The notes beneath the pieces are model-generated. The model was given only the letters and a program-made list of their open reading frames with translations, was not told the DNA's origin and made no database searches. A stretch of 53,415 nt of DNA, counting the filler, from Sphacelaria rigidula (taxonomy: Eukaryota), in assembly GCA_964200075.2 (NCBI GenBank). It is 4 parts of 4 records of this genome, joined end to end, with 100 filler letters (N's around TTAATTAATTAA, not from the genome) between each part and the next. Parts side by side here need not be neighbours in the genome. Positions count along the whole stretch, not along the records: positions 13,381 to 26,659 come from CAXNAA020003001.1; 3 more parts are not named here. One strand, 5' to 3'. The position numbers were made by a program, and so were the translations under genes. This document shows, one piece after another, positions 13,381 through 24,234 of this stretch (position 1 is the first letter of the stretch; the number at the start of each line of letters is the position of its first letter).

Positions 13381-13677
13381 GGTTCCCTCCCTTTCGCGGC
13401 GGGGTCGGTGCCCGTGGTTTTTTTTTGTGATGGGTTATGGGGGGGGGGGGGGGTATTTGCTTGCGCGCGTGCTGTGTCGAGTTTTTTCCTCCGTTGACAA
13501 AAAGAATGACGGTCGATCTTCCCCGTGTAGGTTGAACATCTTCTCTCCTCATTATTTTATATCTGCGTTGAAAGTATATGCGAAGAAAATTCCAAGACGA
13601 TGTATTTTTTTTTTGCTTACTGTTTTTCCTCTTTCCCCCTGTTTTTTTGTTCTCGGCTGTCTTTCTTGTGGGTACAG

Positions 13678-13827
13678 GACGACCCTCGAAACGAAGGAGC
13701 TGTGACATGGAGAACGGGCAAGTATCACGCACTGCGCCTGCACGACATCTCTACAGGACAGGTACTCTGCGCGAGTCAAAGGCAAGGCATCGTCGTGACC
13801 TACGAGATTTGGCGCGGACACAATAAG
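13678..13827 (+). CDS. Chromatin protein (WSD/MBD9-like, RanBP2-ZnF, bromodomain, PHD), first visible internal exon; the 5' part of the gene is missing from the contig
   Basis: Pyrimidine tract and CAG acceptor, 150-nt open frame DDPRNEG...IWRGHNK, GTAAGT donor; phase 0, joins in frame to the next exon. Confidence 0.75.
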
Positions 13828-13896
13828 GTAAGTTGAATGTCTGCTCCTGTTGAGTACTTGTCGCTATTATATACCCCCGCTCCCGTCCCCCCCTTT

Positions 13897-14092
13897 TGGT
13901 CCGGCGAAAACCCGACGTGCTCCGTCCTGGCTTTGTAGGGATGCGAGGTCAACGGTCTCATGACGGCGGCGTGCAAGATGATGAGTACCCCCTTCCCCCC
14001 CCCCCCCCACCCCACCCCCCTCTCCGTCGCTCCGTCTCGAAAGGGATGCGTGGCCAATGGTGAAACGACTAGGGCAAGCAACAAATGAGCAC
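13897..14092 (+). mobile_element. Two tandem intronic LINE 3'-end fragments separated by a C-run
   Basis: 13897-13987 TGGTCCGGCGAAAACCC...GCAAGATGATGAGTA, C-run 13988-14020, then 14029-14092 GCTCCGTCTCGAAAGGG...GCAAGCAACAAATGAGCAC matching ~1135-1197. Confidence 0.8.
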
Positions 14093-14415
14093 GCACCTTC
14101 TCTCCTCGCACGAAGACGCGTCGATAACGGTTCCGCACCTCTTGTTTTCGGTCTACTTTTTCAAGTCTGTTCCACTTTTTTATTATTCTCTTCACTCTCC
14201 TTCAACGCCTTGTCCCGTTTCATTTCTATCTCGCGAACGTTCACCATGTGACAACGGCTGAGTCCCTGGGGGATCAGTCTATGTGTGGCAATCAACCCAC
14301 TAATTAATTTCCTGCAGGACATATCGGTGGTACCGGTTGTGGTCCTACCGCCGGTGCTTCTTGTCTACAGTATGCAAGATCATGAGTACATGCCCCCCCT
14401 CCTTCTGCTTCCCAG

Positions 14416-14733
14416 GTGGAAAACACTCCGATCGACGCCCCCTTTGACAAGAACGGCGTGTATTTCTTCACCGTGCCCAAGTTCCATCGAACGGGTACCT
14501 TCAAGCTCGTCTTCCACGTCACGCCTGCGCCACTATTTTATGTCGATACTTCCCTGTCTGGCGAGGCTGCGGCTGCTGCGGCTGCAACGGCGAGTGCCGC
14601 CGCTATCGCCGGAGCAACCGGCGGCACTTCGTTGGATGGTGAGGCGGGGGAGGACGGCGGCAGCCAGCCTAACCAACTTCCGCAGCCGCCTAAGAGGACG
14701 TTCCACATCAAGCCGCTTGAGTTCACGGTGAAG
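14416..14733 (+). CDS. Chromatin protein, visible exon 2
   Basis: CTTCCCAG acceptor, VENTPIDAPF...IKPLEFTVK (318 nt), GTGCGT donor. Confidence 0.8.
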
Positions 14734-14759
14734 GTGCGTGCCAGGAGGGAAGGGGGGGC

Positions 14760-14925
14760 GTATTCATTTGTTGCTTGCCTTGTTCATGTGACCGTTGACC
14801 ACGCCCCCCTCCCGAGAACAAGCGCTGTTCGTACTTGTGATGAAGATGCCTCCAACTTTGGGGCGCTCATTACATTTCTTCCATATATATACACAAGAAT
14901 CTTTTACATATCTTATCCCCTCTTG
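14760..14925 (-). mobile_element. Intronic antisense LINE 3' fragment
   Basis: The reverse complement matches ~1035-1197 (GGGGATAAGATATGT...ATATGGAAGAAA...GCAAGCAACAAATGA; peptide end 'KASNK'). C-rich on both flanks in element orientation. Confidence 0.85.
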
Positions 14926-15511
14926 GCGGGCGGGGGGCGGAGGAAGGGGCAATCTGGGAGTGACTCTTGGGCGCAAAATGTAGTTGCGAGTAAGTAGATT
15001 CGGAGACGTGGGTAACCGGTCGTTGATTTGGAGACGTGGGTGGCTGGTGCAGTTGAGGGAAGAGAAGTGGGGACAAACAAAAAATTGGATGGAGCATGTT
15101 TAGAGGGGGTGCGCGATCACGATAGCGTGTCGTATAGTAGCGTATTATCGTATTTTTGGCCGTTGACGTTATAGTCTGTCTGTGCCTGTTCCTCTAGCTG
15201 AATGTGTGTTGAGTACACATGTTGGGATGAACACGCGTTGCCTGCTTGTGTACGTGTGTACAGTTGAGTGCGTGTTTCCTCTGCAAGTTATGGGGGAAAA
15301 AATTAAATCGCTGCTGTACAAAGTTGCTTCTGCTTCTTTTTCATTTCACTTTTTTTGCGTATGATTTATTCTTGTTTTTGTTTTCCGTCTCCTTCCACAA
15401 TTTTTTTTTCCTGCTTCTTCTCATTTTGTCCGCTTGATTTGGAAAAAAAATGAAGACAAAATCATGTTCGCTTTCGGTTCGGCTGGTTGGCTAATTGGTT
15501 GACGGCGACAG

Positions 15512-15649
15512 GTCAGTCCGAGGTTCACGCACACCGGGGCGGTCGCCGCGCTGCATAAGCTGCGGGCCCTGCAGTACTTGAAGCATCGCAACAGAGAGGA
15601 GACGGAGGGACTGGCGGTCGATCTCGATCTACCGTTTGACTGCGAGGAG
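15512..15649 (+). CDS. Chromatin protein, visible exon 3 (not in the ORF track)
   Basis: CTAAT branch-like site, CAG acceptor, open 138-nt frame VSPRFTHTGAVAALHKLRALQYL...LDLPFDCEE, weaker GTGATG donor; phase 0 at both ends. Confidence 0.7.
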
Positions 15650-16214
15650 GTGATGGCATGTTATGCATGGCACACTTGTACTCATATCGTACACACTTTT
15701 TTGACGCCAAATGGATAGTGTTGTGTCTTCGGTGTTGACTGACCTTTTCTTATTCTCTTTTTTTGTTCCCACATTGAAATACTCCCCCCCCCCTCGGGAC
15801 GAGGCCGTGATCTGGAGGCATCAAAATCATCTCTCCCCGGGCCCGAGTTCACGACTTATATTTTGGTATGTACCGCAGATTGAGATTGGACCAGCACTAC
15901 TCCCGCATCGACGGTCGTCTAACAAACTTGACCTAGAGCAAACACAGGCCTCACGCTTATTATTTTATTTCGACCACATGAATCAGATACTTTCGTTATA
16001 ATAGCCAAACTAGACATATGGGGGCAATAGAAGCGGCAATTATCCTGCTCTAGCGGTGCTAAATTTAGTTGGGCCATTTTAATTTAGACTGCCGAGGCGC
16101 GACGGGCTGACTGTACAGTACTGTAGTGGTGATATTATTGCGAGCGGTTCCAGTATTTGGGAATTGAAACCTCTCAGCTCAGTTGATGATAATGTCTGTC
16201 GTCTTCATTTTTTT

Positions 16215-16419
16215 CACACTCTGGACAATGACAATATGTGGTCAATAGATGCGATAGCGGAGAAGTGTACTAGGTAAAGTATAGACGTATTGCAACCAAA
16301 TAGTTTTGTCGGCCGTCAAAAGTTGCAATACGTCTATACTTTACCCCGTACACTTCTTGTCTATTGCATCTATTGACAATATATTGTATTGACTGTATGT
16401 TGTCGTTATCCATGGTGTG
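16215..16419. mobile_element. Foldback MITE with 8-bp TSD (hAT-like), copy 2
   Basis: CACAC...GTGTG ends, long inverted arms (GTAAAGTATAGACGTATTGCAAC / GTTGCAATACGTCTATACTTTAC) and ATTTTTTT on both flanks. Shares GACAATATGTGGTCAA with 3394-3544. Confidence 0.8.
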
Positions 16420-18617
16420 ATTTTTTTATACAAGTACAAGCCGCACGGGACCCGGGGCTGCGCCCCGGTCCCGTCCGTCTTTTTCGAGGGTCGTGGTATT
16501 CTTGCCTTGCCAAGCCCTCGAGAGTATATCTCCTCTCGAAATGCTCATGCCCGCCGGAAACATCGCAGGACTACCGCGATCGCGCGTCCGTTCGAACGGT
16601 CGCGAACGTATGTGTACCCCCGCACAAAGTGTAGCACAAATCCGCGTACCGGGCCCCTAGCATTGGCATCGGCCCGAACAGTCATCTCCCGGAGCGGGTG
16701 CGGAGGGACTCGCACACTAAAATCAGCAACAAATCTCGTGGACACCTCGTTACAAAGTATGCTGCACGCTCGTGAGTTCGAAATATCCTATATATATATA
16801 TAGCATTTCACACATCGGACAACTGATAAGTCAGTTATCCTGGATTACTCACCCTGCCGGAATATTTACCGCTGTGTTGTCTTCTATAACTCACCTGACT
16901 GAAATATGCACGGCTAAGTAATCTTCTACTTCCTATGGTCCACTGTATAATCCCGAATGGAAAAATCCACTGTATGAGCCCGTGTCGAGTACGCATGCTC
17001 GGACGGGTGTTTTCGACCATGAGACCAACGGATGAAAAATCTCAAACCGGGCTTATACAACGGACTTTTTGCAAGTTGAGCAAGAAATGTCGCCCAGGTT
17101 TGGCTCGATATGCGCCGACAGCACTAGAAACAACACCGACACCACTACCAACGGTCTGCATGGCCGACATGGTCAGAGGATGAAATGGAGGTGGTCCGCA
17201 GAGTTTATCCCCTCCGTCACCGCGGCTGGCGCTGGGTCCGCTAGCTATTGTGAGCGCAAATAGTGCTAACGTTGGTTTTGGGTGGTTCTGTAAAACGAAA
17301 AAAAAATGTTTGAAAAAAACGATGGGAAGACGGTCAATGGGTGGATTCCTGTCCTTCGCGGCGACTACCCTCCGCTTACCGTAGGTGTTCGTGGGTCTAT
17401 CTAGAGGGTGCTGCAAAGACATAGATTTTTGGCTCTGCTCCAGAAGATCACGAAAGCGATGGATAAAAATCGTTCAGAAGAAGTCGTGGAAGAGCACATG
17501 ATATTCCACTTTTCCTCGAATCGGGCTTATTCAGTGGACCAGAGGAAGTATAACTCACCTGACCAGAATACGCACCGCCGACTTATCTTCTATGACTCAC
17601 CTGACCAGAGTATGCACCGCTAAGTTATGTTGCTTTAACTCACAGGTGTTATGGGGAAAATAGTTGAGTCGAGTTACCCTGAGTTGAGTTGTTCGACGTT
17701 TGTAAACCTCAAGTCTAAATATTTTTGTCTACATATTTTCATGATTATTTCGTGAAAACCCATCCCCATTCACTAAATTCAGCGCTCATCAGCTACTGTG
17801 CAGACCCGCGGTCCATCGTCCGCTCTCGGACCTGCTGCTGTCAACGGTACACGTCGCCTGTGGACCATACGACGGGTGTCTCTGGTCTAAAGCCTGAAGC
17901 TGCTCTGTACTCCCCTATCTATTATTTTGGTATGCAGTATCACACCATCGCAGCACTACTGGAAAATGACGAATGCATTTGTACATTTTGTAAATGATTA
18001 CTTGAAAGGTGAGTTGTTATCTTCATTCAGCCGAAATAATTTTCATATTAGTCTCTCACGTTGCTAGACGCCACCAACAGGTGATGCATCATAAAGTAAC
18101 CCCCCCCCCCCGGCCGGTCACACTTGTTTCATTAGCTGCACGCCTAACTGCTGTTCATATTGCATACATCCCTTTCCGTCAATGACTGTTTTTGTGACGG
18201 AGTTGACCGATCCAATATTTGATGTCTTTACACTCAAATATACTTTCGCTTCCCCCTTCCCGTCTCTCCATCTCTCGAGTACATGTTATTTTTGTTGTTG
18301 TGAGCATATACACTTCAAGCTTTGTATATTGAGCTCTGAAATATACATGTTTGTGATGTCTATTTGTCTTTCTCCAACTGTGTAGGTATTGATCAACCCC
18401 GTCCCGTGTCCCCGTCCCCGTCCCCGTCTCATGCTTCATGTTTGTTGCGGCTACTTGTCTGTCCGATTTTCTGATTTTCATACGCCGTCCCGTGTTTCAT
18501 GCTTGTTTCGGCTTCTCTCTCTCGTTTTCTTGTATCAATTAACCCCGTTCCGTGAACCGCCTTCCGTCCCCCTCTCCCATCTTTTGTCGACCGTATTCCC
18601 CATGTTTGCATCTCAAG

Positions 18618-18830
18618 GTGCCGTGTCTGAAGGGAGGGATAGTGACCGTGGTCAATGCCTTACCTCGAGGTGCATTCAAGGTGGGGGAGCTGGTGGAGTC
18701 TCAGGTCGGAGAGGAGTCGGATATGGAGGGTGTAGGGGGCGAGGGTCACGGGGCCGCTCCGGTGACAGGGTGGACACCGACGCTACGTGACTGCTGGCGG
18801 TCGCACGTTGCTTCGGCATCTACGAGCCAG
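18618..18830 (+). CDS. Chromatin protein, visible exon 4 (start of the WSD/MBD9 C-terminal-like helical domain)
   Basis: AAG acceptor, VPCLKGGIVTVVNALPRGAF...WTPTLRDCWRSHVASASTSQ (213 nt), GTAAGT donor. Confidence 0.85.
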
Positions 18831-19236
18831 GTAAGTCTCTGATTCATCGGACGTGGGTTGATGGCACGGTGGTGATGGTTGCGATAAGTAGATAGTGGTG
18901 CTTCTGAACGCACGAAAGATATTTTCTCACTGATTTATCTTTATTTTGATTCTTGTCGCACTTTAACTTGTCCCCGAGAGATCCGGCCGCGGTTCACAAG
19001 ATATTTATTTGGATATATATATATATATATATATATATACGTTCAACTGTCGATTATGTCTCGTTCATTGAGAATTTAATATTTAGAGGTTTTCTTAACC
19101 ATTGAGTTGGTGATGCAGGAGACGTTGGATTGGATATGAGTGTGCTTGAAATGCAGGAAGGGGGAGCTGGCTTGCTGGTCGCAAAATAAGTAGCATTGAG
19201 TCATGCTACGTTTGGGGGGGGGGGGGGGGGGTGGGG

Positions 19237-19350
19237 TACTCATGATCTTGCATGCCGCAGTCATATGGCCATTGAAATCGCATACAGAGCCGGGACGGAG
19301 CACACCGGGTTTTCGCCGGACCAGGCTCGCAATCAATCACCAAGCGCGAA
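19237..19350 (-). mobile_element. Intronic LINE-type 3'-end fragment
   Basis: The reverse complement GCGAGCCTGGTCCGGCGAAAACCCGG...GCAAGATCATGAGTA is followed by a long C-run (G-run 19214-19236 on +). A shorter related piece lies at 19743-19790. Confidence 0.8.
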
Positions 19351-19980
19351 GCGTCGTGGTGTGTTCGGCGAGTCGCATGAAGGGTGAGCTGCATCCTGCT
19401 AAGACTGCTCCACCCGAAGCCTACACGGATTATCTTTCATTTGGATGACAGCCTCCAATAAGTTGCTTTATTTTCTGGTATCGCCACTTTCAGAGACAGC
19501 CGCGGCTTACACGATGCCTCATGGTTGTCTCACCATATAAGCACAACGTAGTATGATTATTCCTTTTGCGCGGAATTGAGGTTCTCCCACCCCGCACATT
19601 ATGATCTAGTTCGACCACCATTATTATCACAAAAAAAACGCAAGCGCGCGAAAAAAAACGGTAAGCCGGTGACCTAGCTTACGGAGCAAGTGGCGTGTTT
19701 TACAGCGTCATTGTCAACCGACACCAACCCGATGAAGGATCGTCCCTACAAAGCTGAGACGGTGCACGCCGGGTTTTCGCCGAACCAGGCTAACAGGGGC
19801 AGACGACCCAGCACACTATTTCATAACGTTACCTTTGCATTTGATTATAACGGTATCAAGCAGTATGGAGGAGCGTTATTCATCAATAGCAAGCGCGTTT
19901 AAACCACCGTTGCTGCTTTCCCAAAACGATTTGAAGTGTAATTTCGTGAAAGAATTGGCCCAAAATACCCCCCCCCCCTA

Positions 19981-20090
19981 TCGCGCTTGGTCATCGAGTG
20001 CGAGCCTGGTCCGGTGGAAATACGGCGTGCTCCGTTTGTTGTAGGGGTGCGAGGTCAATGGATTTATGGCTATAGCATGATGATGAGCAC
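19981..20090 (+). mobile_element. Intronic LINE-type 3'-end fragment
   Basis: TCGCGCTTGG...GCGAGCCTGGTCCGG...TGATGAGCAC, preceded by C11 (19968-19978) and followed by (AC)n. Confidence 0.75.
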
Positions 20091-21048
20091 ACACACACAC
20101 CCCTATCGTAGCATTATTCCATAGAACTTGACAGAAAGTATATGGCTGCGCAAAAACTGTCACGTGTTACTGTACTCCGTACTCTTTCTTTGTTTTCGTA
20201 CCCGTAGTTTTCTTCGCTTTTTTTCGTTTCGTCTTTTATGGCGTTTGGAGAGTTGACTATTGTTGTGGATGGTGTCATAGTTGCTATATTGTAATAGCAC
20301 AGTTGCAATTTGATTCTTCGGTAACCACAAGCCCGTCATATGTTTTCCGCTTCGTGTAAATGCTACGTTGTAATTATCTCGTCACATGTTGATACTTGAT
20401 ATATATAAGAATATATTGGAGGATGGCGCATCATCTTTGACCATGTAGACGGCTATAGCTTCGACTGAGAGATTTCTCAAAGACTGTCGACGTCAAATGT
20501 TATCGTGTTGAAGTTTTTCGGTTGTCCGCGTCCGGTCGATGGTACGTTGTCATCGAACTTTTTCGGATGCGAGTTCTTCTCGAGTGTGAGTTGGAATACG
20601 CACCCCTATCAGTTCTCGCCCTTTTTTTTTCTTCACATTTGTCTGTTCTACATACGAGTGGGCCCGCGGTAGCCTCCCCCCCCCGAGAAGAGCGTAATTG
20701 GGACTGGAACAAAAATGTATATGTGAGGCGTTTGGACCTGATTCTTTTCGCCAGCTCTCGGAAATCTTGATTTTGAATTCCAAGACCTGGTTTCTGAAAC
20801 TAGCCATCATCTCGATGTGCTCTATGACTATTTCTTCGTGACCGTTTTTCTGACCCTTTTTTGGCTATCGCGGCATCATTCCTATCACCTTTTCATTGTA
20901 TCAGAAGTAGTAGTGGTAGTAGTAGTAGTTAAGACGTCGCCAGTACTACTACGGAGTACTATTTTTTGTTCTTGCTGTTTTCCGAGTAACGCGTTCGTTT
21001 GTGTTTTCTATCACATTCGTTTCTTTTTCTTCTCGTAAAACTAAACAG

Positions 21049-21225
21049 GAACTGATGGAGGCGTTATTGCTGATGGAATCGTGCCTCGACCCCAAGTGGC
21101 TGAAGCCTTGGTACCGCACCGTTCAGCAGAAGATGCCGTGCACCTCGCACCTACTTCAACTGTCCACTCCTTCCGCCGTGGCGCTCCGTCTGTTCGCGCT
21201 CGATCGTGCGATACTTTACGACAAG
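21049..21225 (+). CDS. Chromatin protein, visible exon 5 (WSD/MBD9 C-terminal-like domain)
   Basis: CAG acceptor and GTGCTT donor. ELMEALLLMESCLDPKWLKPWY...SAVALRLFALDRAILYDK resembles the C-terminal motif of plant MBD9/RLT-type DDT proteins (E..IK.E.L...W...SALS.RIFSLDAAI.YDK). Confidence 0.88.
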
Positions 21226-21890
21226 GTGCTTGCTGTAGTAACCGGAGTGTATCGCCCTACGGGGAGCATGTCGGACCTTACTTGTTGTTGTTCACGCTGA
21301 GGCCTCTGTGTTGAATATTTGCACGCAAGCAGTTTGACCGATACACACCCGACGGTGTTTTTGTCAAGAGTGGAAATGACACCGATTTCAGTCGGTGGAT
21401 ACATGTGGGTGTCGAGATGGTTGAAGCTCACGTGCACTTCATTACGTCGAAGCGCCCACATGCCTATTGTGCGACACGAGTAGTTTGCATTTGAGATTCT
21501 CCTTTCGCCCACTCCGCCGCCGCCTGCACGCGCCGCCCCCGCCGGGTAACAGGGGAGCAGTACAATGCACAGCAGACTGAACCACAATAAGTCAGGTTCC
21601 TTTTCTTTTTTTCTTTGTTGAGTAGATTTCCTACCGAGCCAAGCTGCACAGGTGCCAAAACAGCAGTATGATTGTGTGCTCACATGGCATCATGGAAAAG
21701 ACTGGGTTTGTTCGACTCGACCATCTCTACTGAACGGTTGCTGGAGGGGAGGGCAAGGGAATAGAGCTGAAGCTATCTGTACCGTACTTGTTCTATGTTC
21801 GTAGTGCGCAAAAATATTACAACCATGCCTGCATCACCCATCCCCGCCCCGGTGCACCCTCCGCACCCTCCCCCTCATCGACGCTGTCAG

Positions 21891-22256
21891 GTGCGCTCCA
21901 CGTCTGCTCGAGGGTCGCGTCTACGTAGCGGTATTCAACTTCGTGATCGAGTGGGTAGTGCCGACGCATTCTCGTCCCCAACAACCGGCCGACGCGGCTC
22001 CGCACTTTCCCGGTCCTCTCAAAACGGTCGTCGGGGTGCGGCGCGCGCAGCTGTCGCCGTGCCGTCCGAGCCCCCGAAACCCCGTGGACGACAGACGCGA
22101 ACGAGCCGCGCTGCGGAAGACGAAGGTACAACCAGGTCGCCCCCCCGGCGGCGCGCCGGAGGGCGGGGCGCGCGGGGAGGATCTGGCCGAGCCAGCGGCG
22201 GCAGCGGTCGACGCGATCGTAGTCGGTCGAGGGATTTGTCTCCGGGGTCTTGGGAA

Positions 22257-22291
<35 letters not shown>

Positions 22292-23741
22292 TGAAAGCGC
22301 GAGCGCGAGCGCGAGCGAAGGTGATGACGACGACGACGACGACGAGGATGATAATGACGTAGAAGAGGAAGAAGAGGAAGATGAGCGTGATGCTGATGTG
22401 AAAGGGGCAGACAGGGGCTCGGGCGCCTCCATGGCGGGTAGAGCGGAAGCGGGTGGGGGACGGCGAGCAAGTGGTGCGAGTGTGTCGACGCCGGCGACGG
22501 TCGGGCGGCGGCGCAAGCGCGGAGATGTCAACTACTGCGAGAGAGATGAAAGCGAAGACGGGGCGGATGTTGCTGAGGATGGCGAAGGTATCGACAACGG
22601 CGTCGATGGACGTTTTGTGGCGGCAGGCAGCGGCGGTGGTCGTACGTCGGCAGCACCACTACCGGCAACGACAACAGCGGCTTCGCAGCCCACCCCGCGG
22701 AAGACGATCGCTGAGCGTCGGAAAAGCGCGAACAATTCGAAGAAGCGTCAACGAACGGCGGGTATCGGCAAGAGTATCGGCGGTGGTGGCTCAGTCAGCG
22801 CAGATAGCATTACAGCGGCAGACGATCAAAGAATGGGCGGCGGCGACGGCGACGGCGACAGGTTGTTGGAGGAGGGCTCGGCCGGCGCTGACAACAGCAC
22901 CACCACCCCGGAGACCGCTCCCGCCGCTAAAACCTGGACCTGCAAGATCTGTACCTTCGAGAACGCGCTCACAGACGAGAAGTGCGACGTATGCTCCGGA
23001 AGGCGACCTGCATTGGCGAATCCTGTACCACGCGGAACGAACCGTAAGAGGCGCCGGGAGCAGAACGCACTAACGATTACGCCGGCGATAGCGGGAGTGG
23101 GTGCCGACGAGGATGGTGGTGCTAGCGGCGTTGAGGATGGCCACGGGGCGGTGAAGAAGGGGAGTAGAGGCAGTACGTCGCAAAGAGGGAGAGGGCGTGG
23201 CCGCGGGCGTGCACCCGGCGGCGTGGGGAGGGATAGCAAGAGTACGGGACGCACAGCAGCGGCGGCAGCGATGGAGGGATCGGCGGATTCTGACACGGGG
23301 ATGAGGCAGCGTAGAAAGGTTCCCCGGGTAAACTACAACGAGGAGCGGCTCGAGGAGGACGAATATGGTCCTTCAGAAGTAGTCGCCTCGAGTAAGGCCA
23401 AGAGTAGGAAGGGATCGGCGGCGAGTTACGGAGCGGGAAGGGCCGCAGCTAGCGGCAGTGGTGGAAGCCAGTCCAGCAGCAAGCAGCGGAAACCCTTGGG
23501 AATTAAGGAGGAACTCGCATGGCAGCCGGCGCGGGCGGAGGCGCTGCCAGAAGATGTTCAGTCCTTCCGCGAAATAGTGCGCAAAGCGATAGGAGAGATC
23601 GCGCAGGAGGAGTACGCGGTGCTCTTCTTGGAACCCGTCGACCTGCAGGCGTATCCGGACTATGTGCACCTTGTATCAGAACCAATGGATCTTTCGACTA
23701 TTCTCATGAAGCTACGAAGCGGGGATTATGACTCTCCAGAG
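21891..23741 (+). CDS. Chromatin protein, visible exon 6: acidic/basic low-complexity region, RanBP2-type zinc finger, N-terminal part of the bromodomain
   Basis: Lies within ORF 21795-23759 with a CAG acceptor and GTATGT donor. Contains 'WTCKICTFEN...KCDVC' and 'LFLEPVD...YPDY...VSEPMDLSTILMKL'. Confidence 0.9.
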
Positions 23742-24234
23742 GTATGTGGGGAGGGATGAGGGGGCCAGGAAGTTGTATCTTGAGGCGTGCTCCGTGCCCC
23801 TGCAGCCGCAATAACGCCGGCAGACGATTGTGACGTTTCATGATAGTTAGCGGCAGGGGTATTGCTTCTTTTGTGTGAAGGGCGATTGATGGGTGTCTGT
23901 TTCGTGTGAGGGGTAGTGGGTGCGTGAATTTTGGTGGTCGGTTGTCATTCATGTGGACTTCGTGGCGTATATACGTTGCTCGGCAAAGAATGTACGTTAT
24001 CATATGATTATCGACGTTATCTGCGTTGTTCTACTTTCTTGTTAGGGCTAGGGTTTTTGTCGGTTATGCTCAATGACAACCTGTTTTCACACCGATTGGC
24101 CTCTAACCTTCCGTCTCGTCCCTCCCTCCGTCCCTCCCTCCCTCGGTGCCCCATTCTTACGCGCCCGAAACAAATACACACATATATATATATATATATA
24201 TATACGATGTTTTTCTGCACGCGTCACGCTTCAG

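Noticed and set aside
12000..13830. Idea that the copia element sits inside an intron of the chromatin gene
   Set aside because: The two are on different contigs separated by an artificial spacer.
21817..23296. Several overlapping alternate-frame and antisense ORFs (poly-Arg, poly-Ser, poly-Thr)
   Set aside because: They are shadows of the GC-rich, (GAC)n-containing exon 6 of the real gene.
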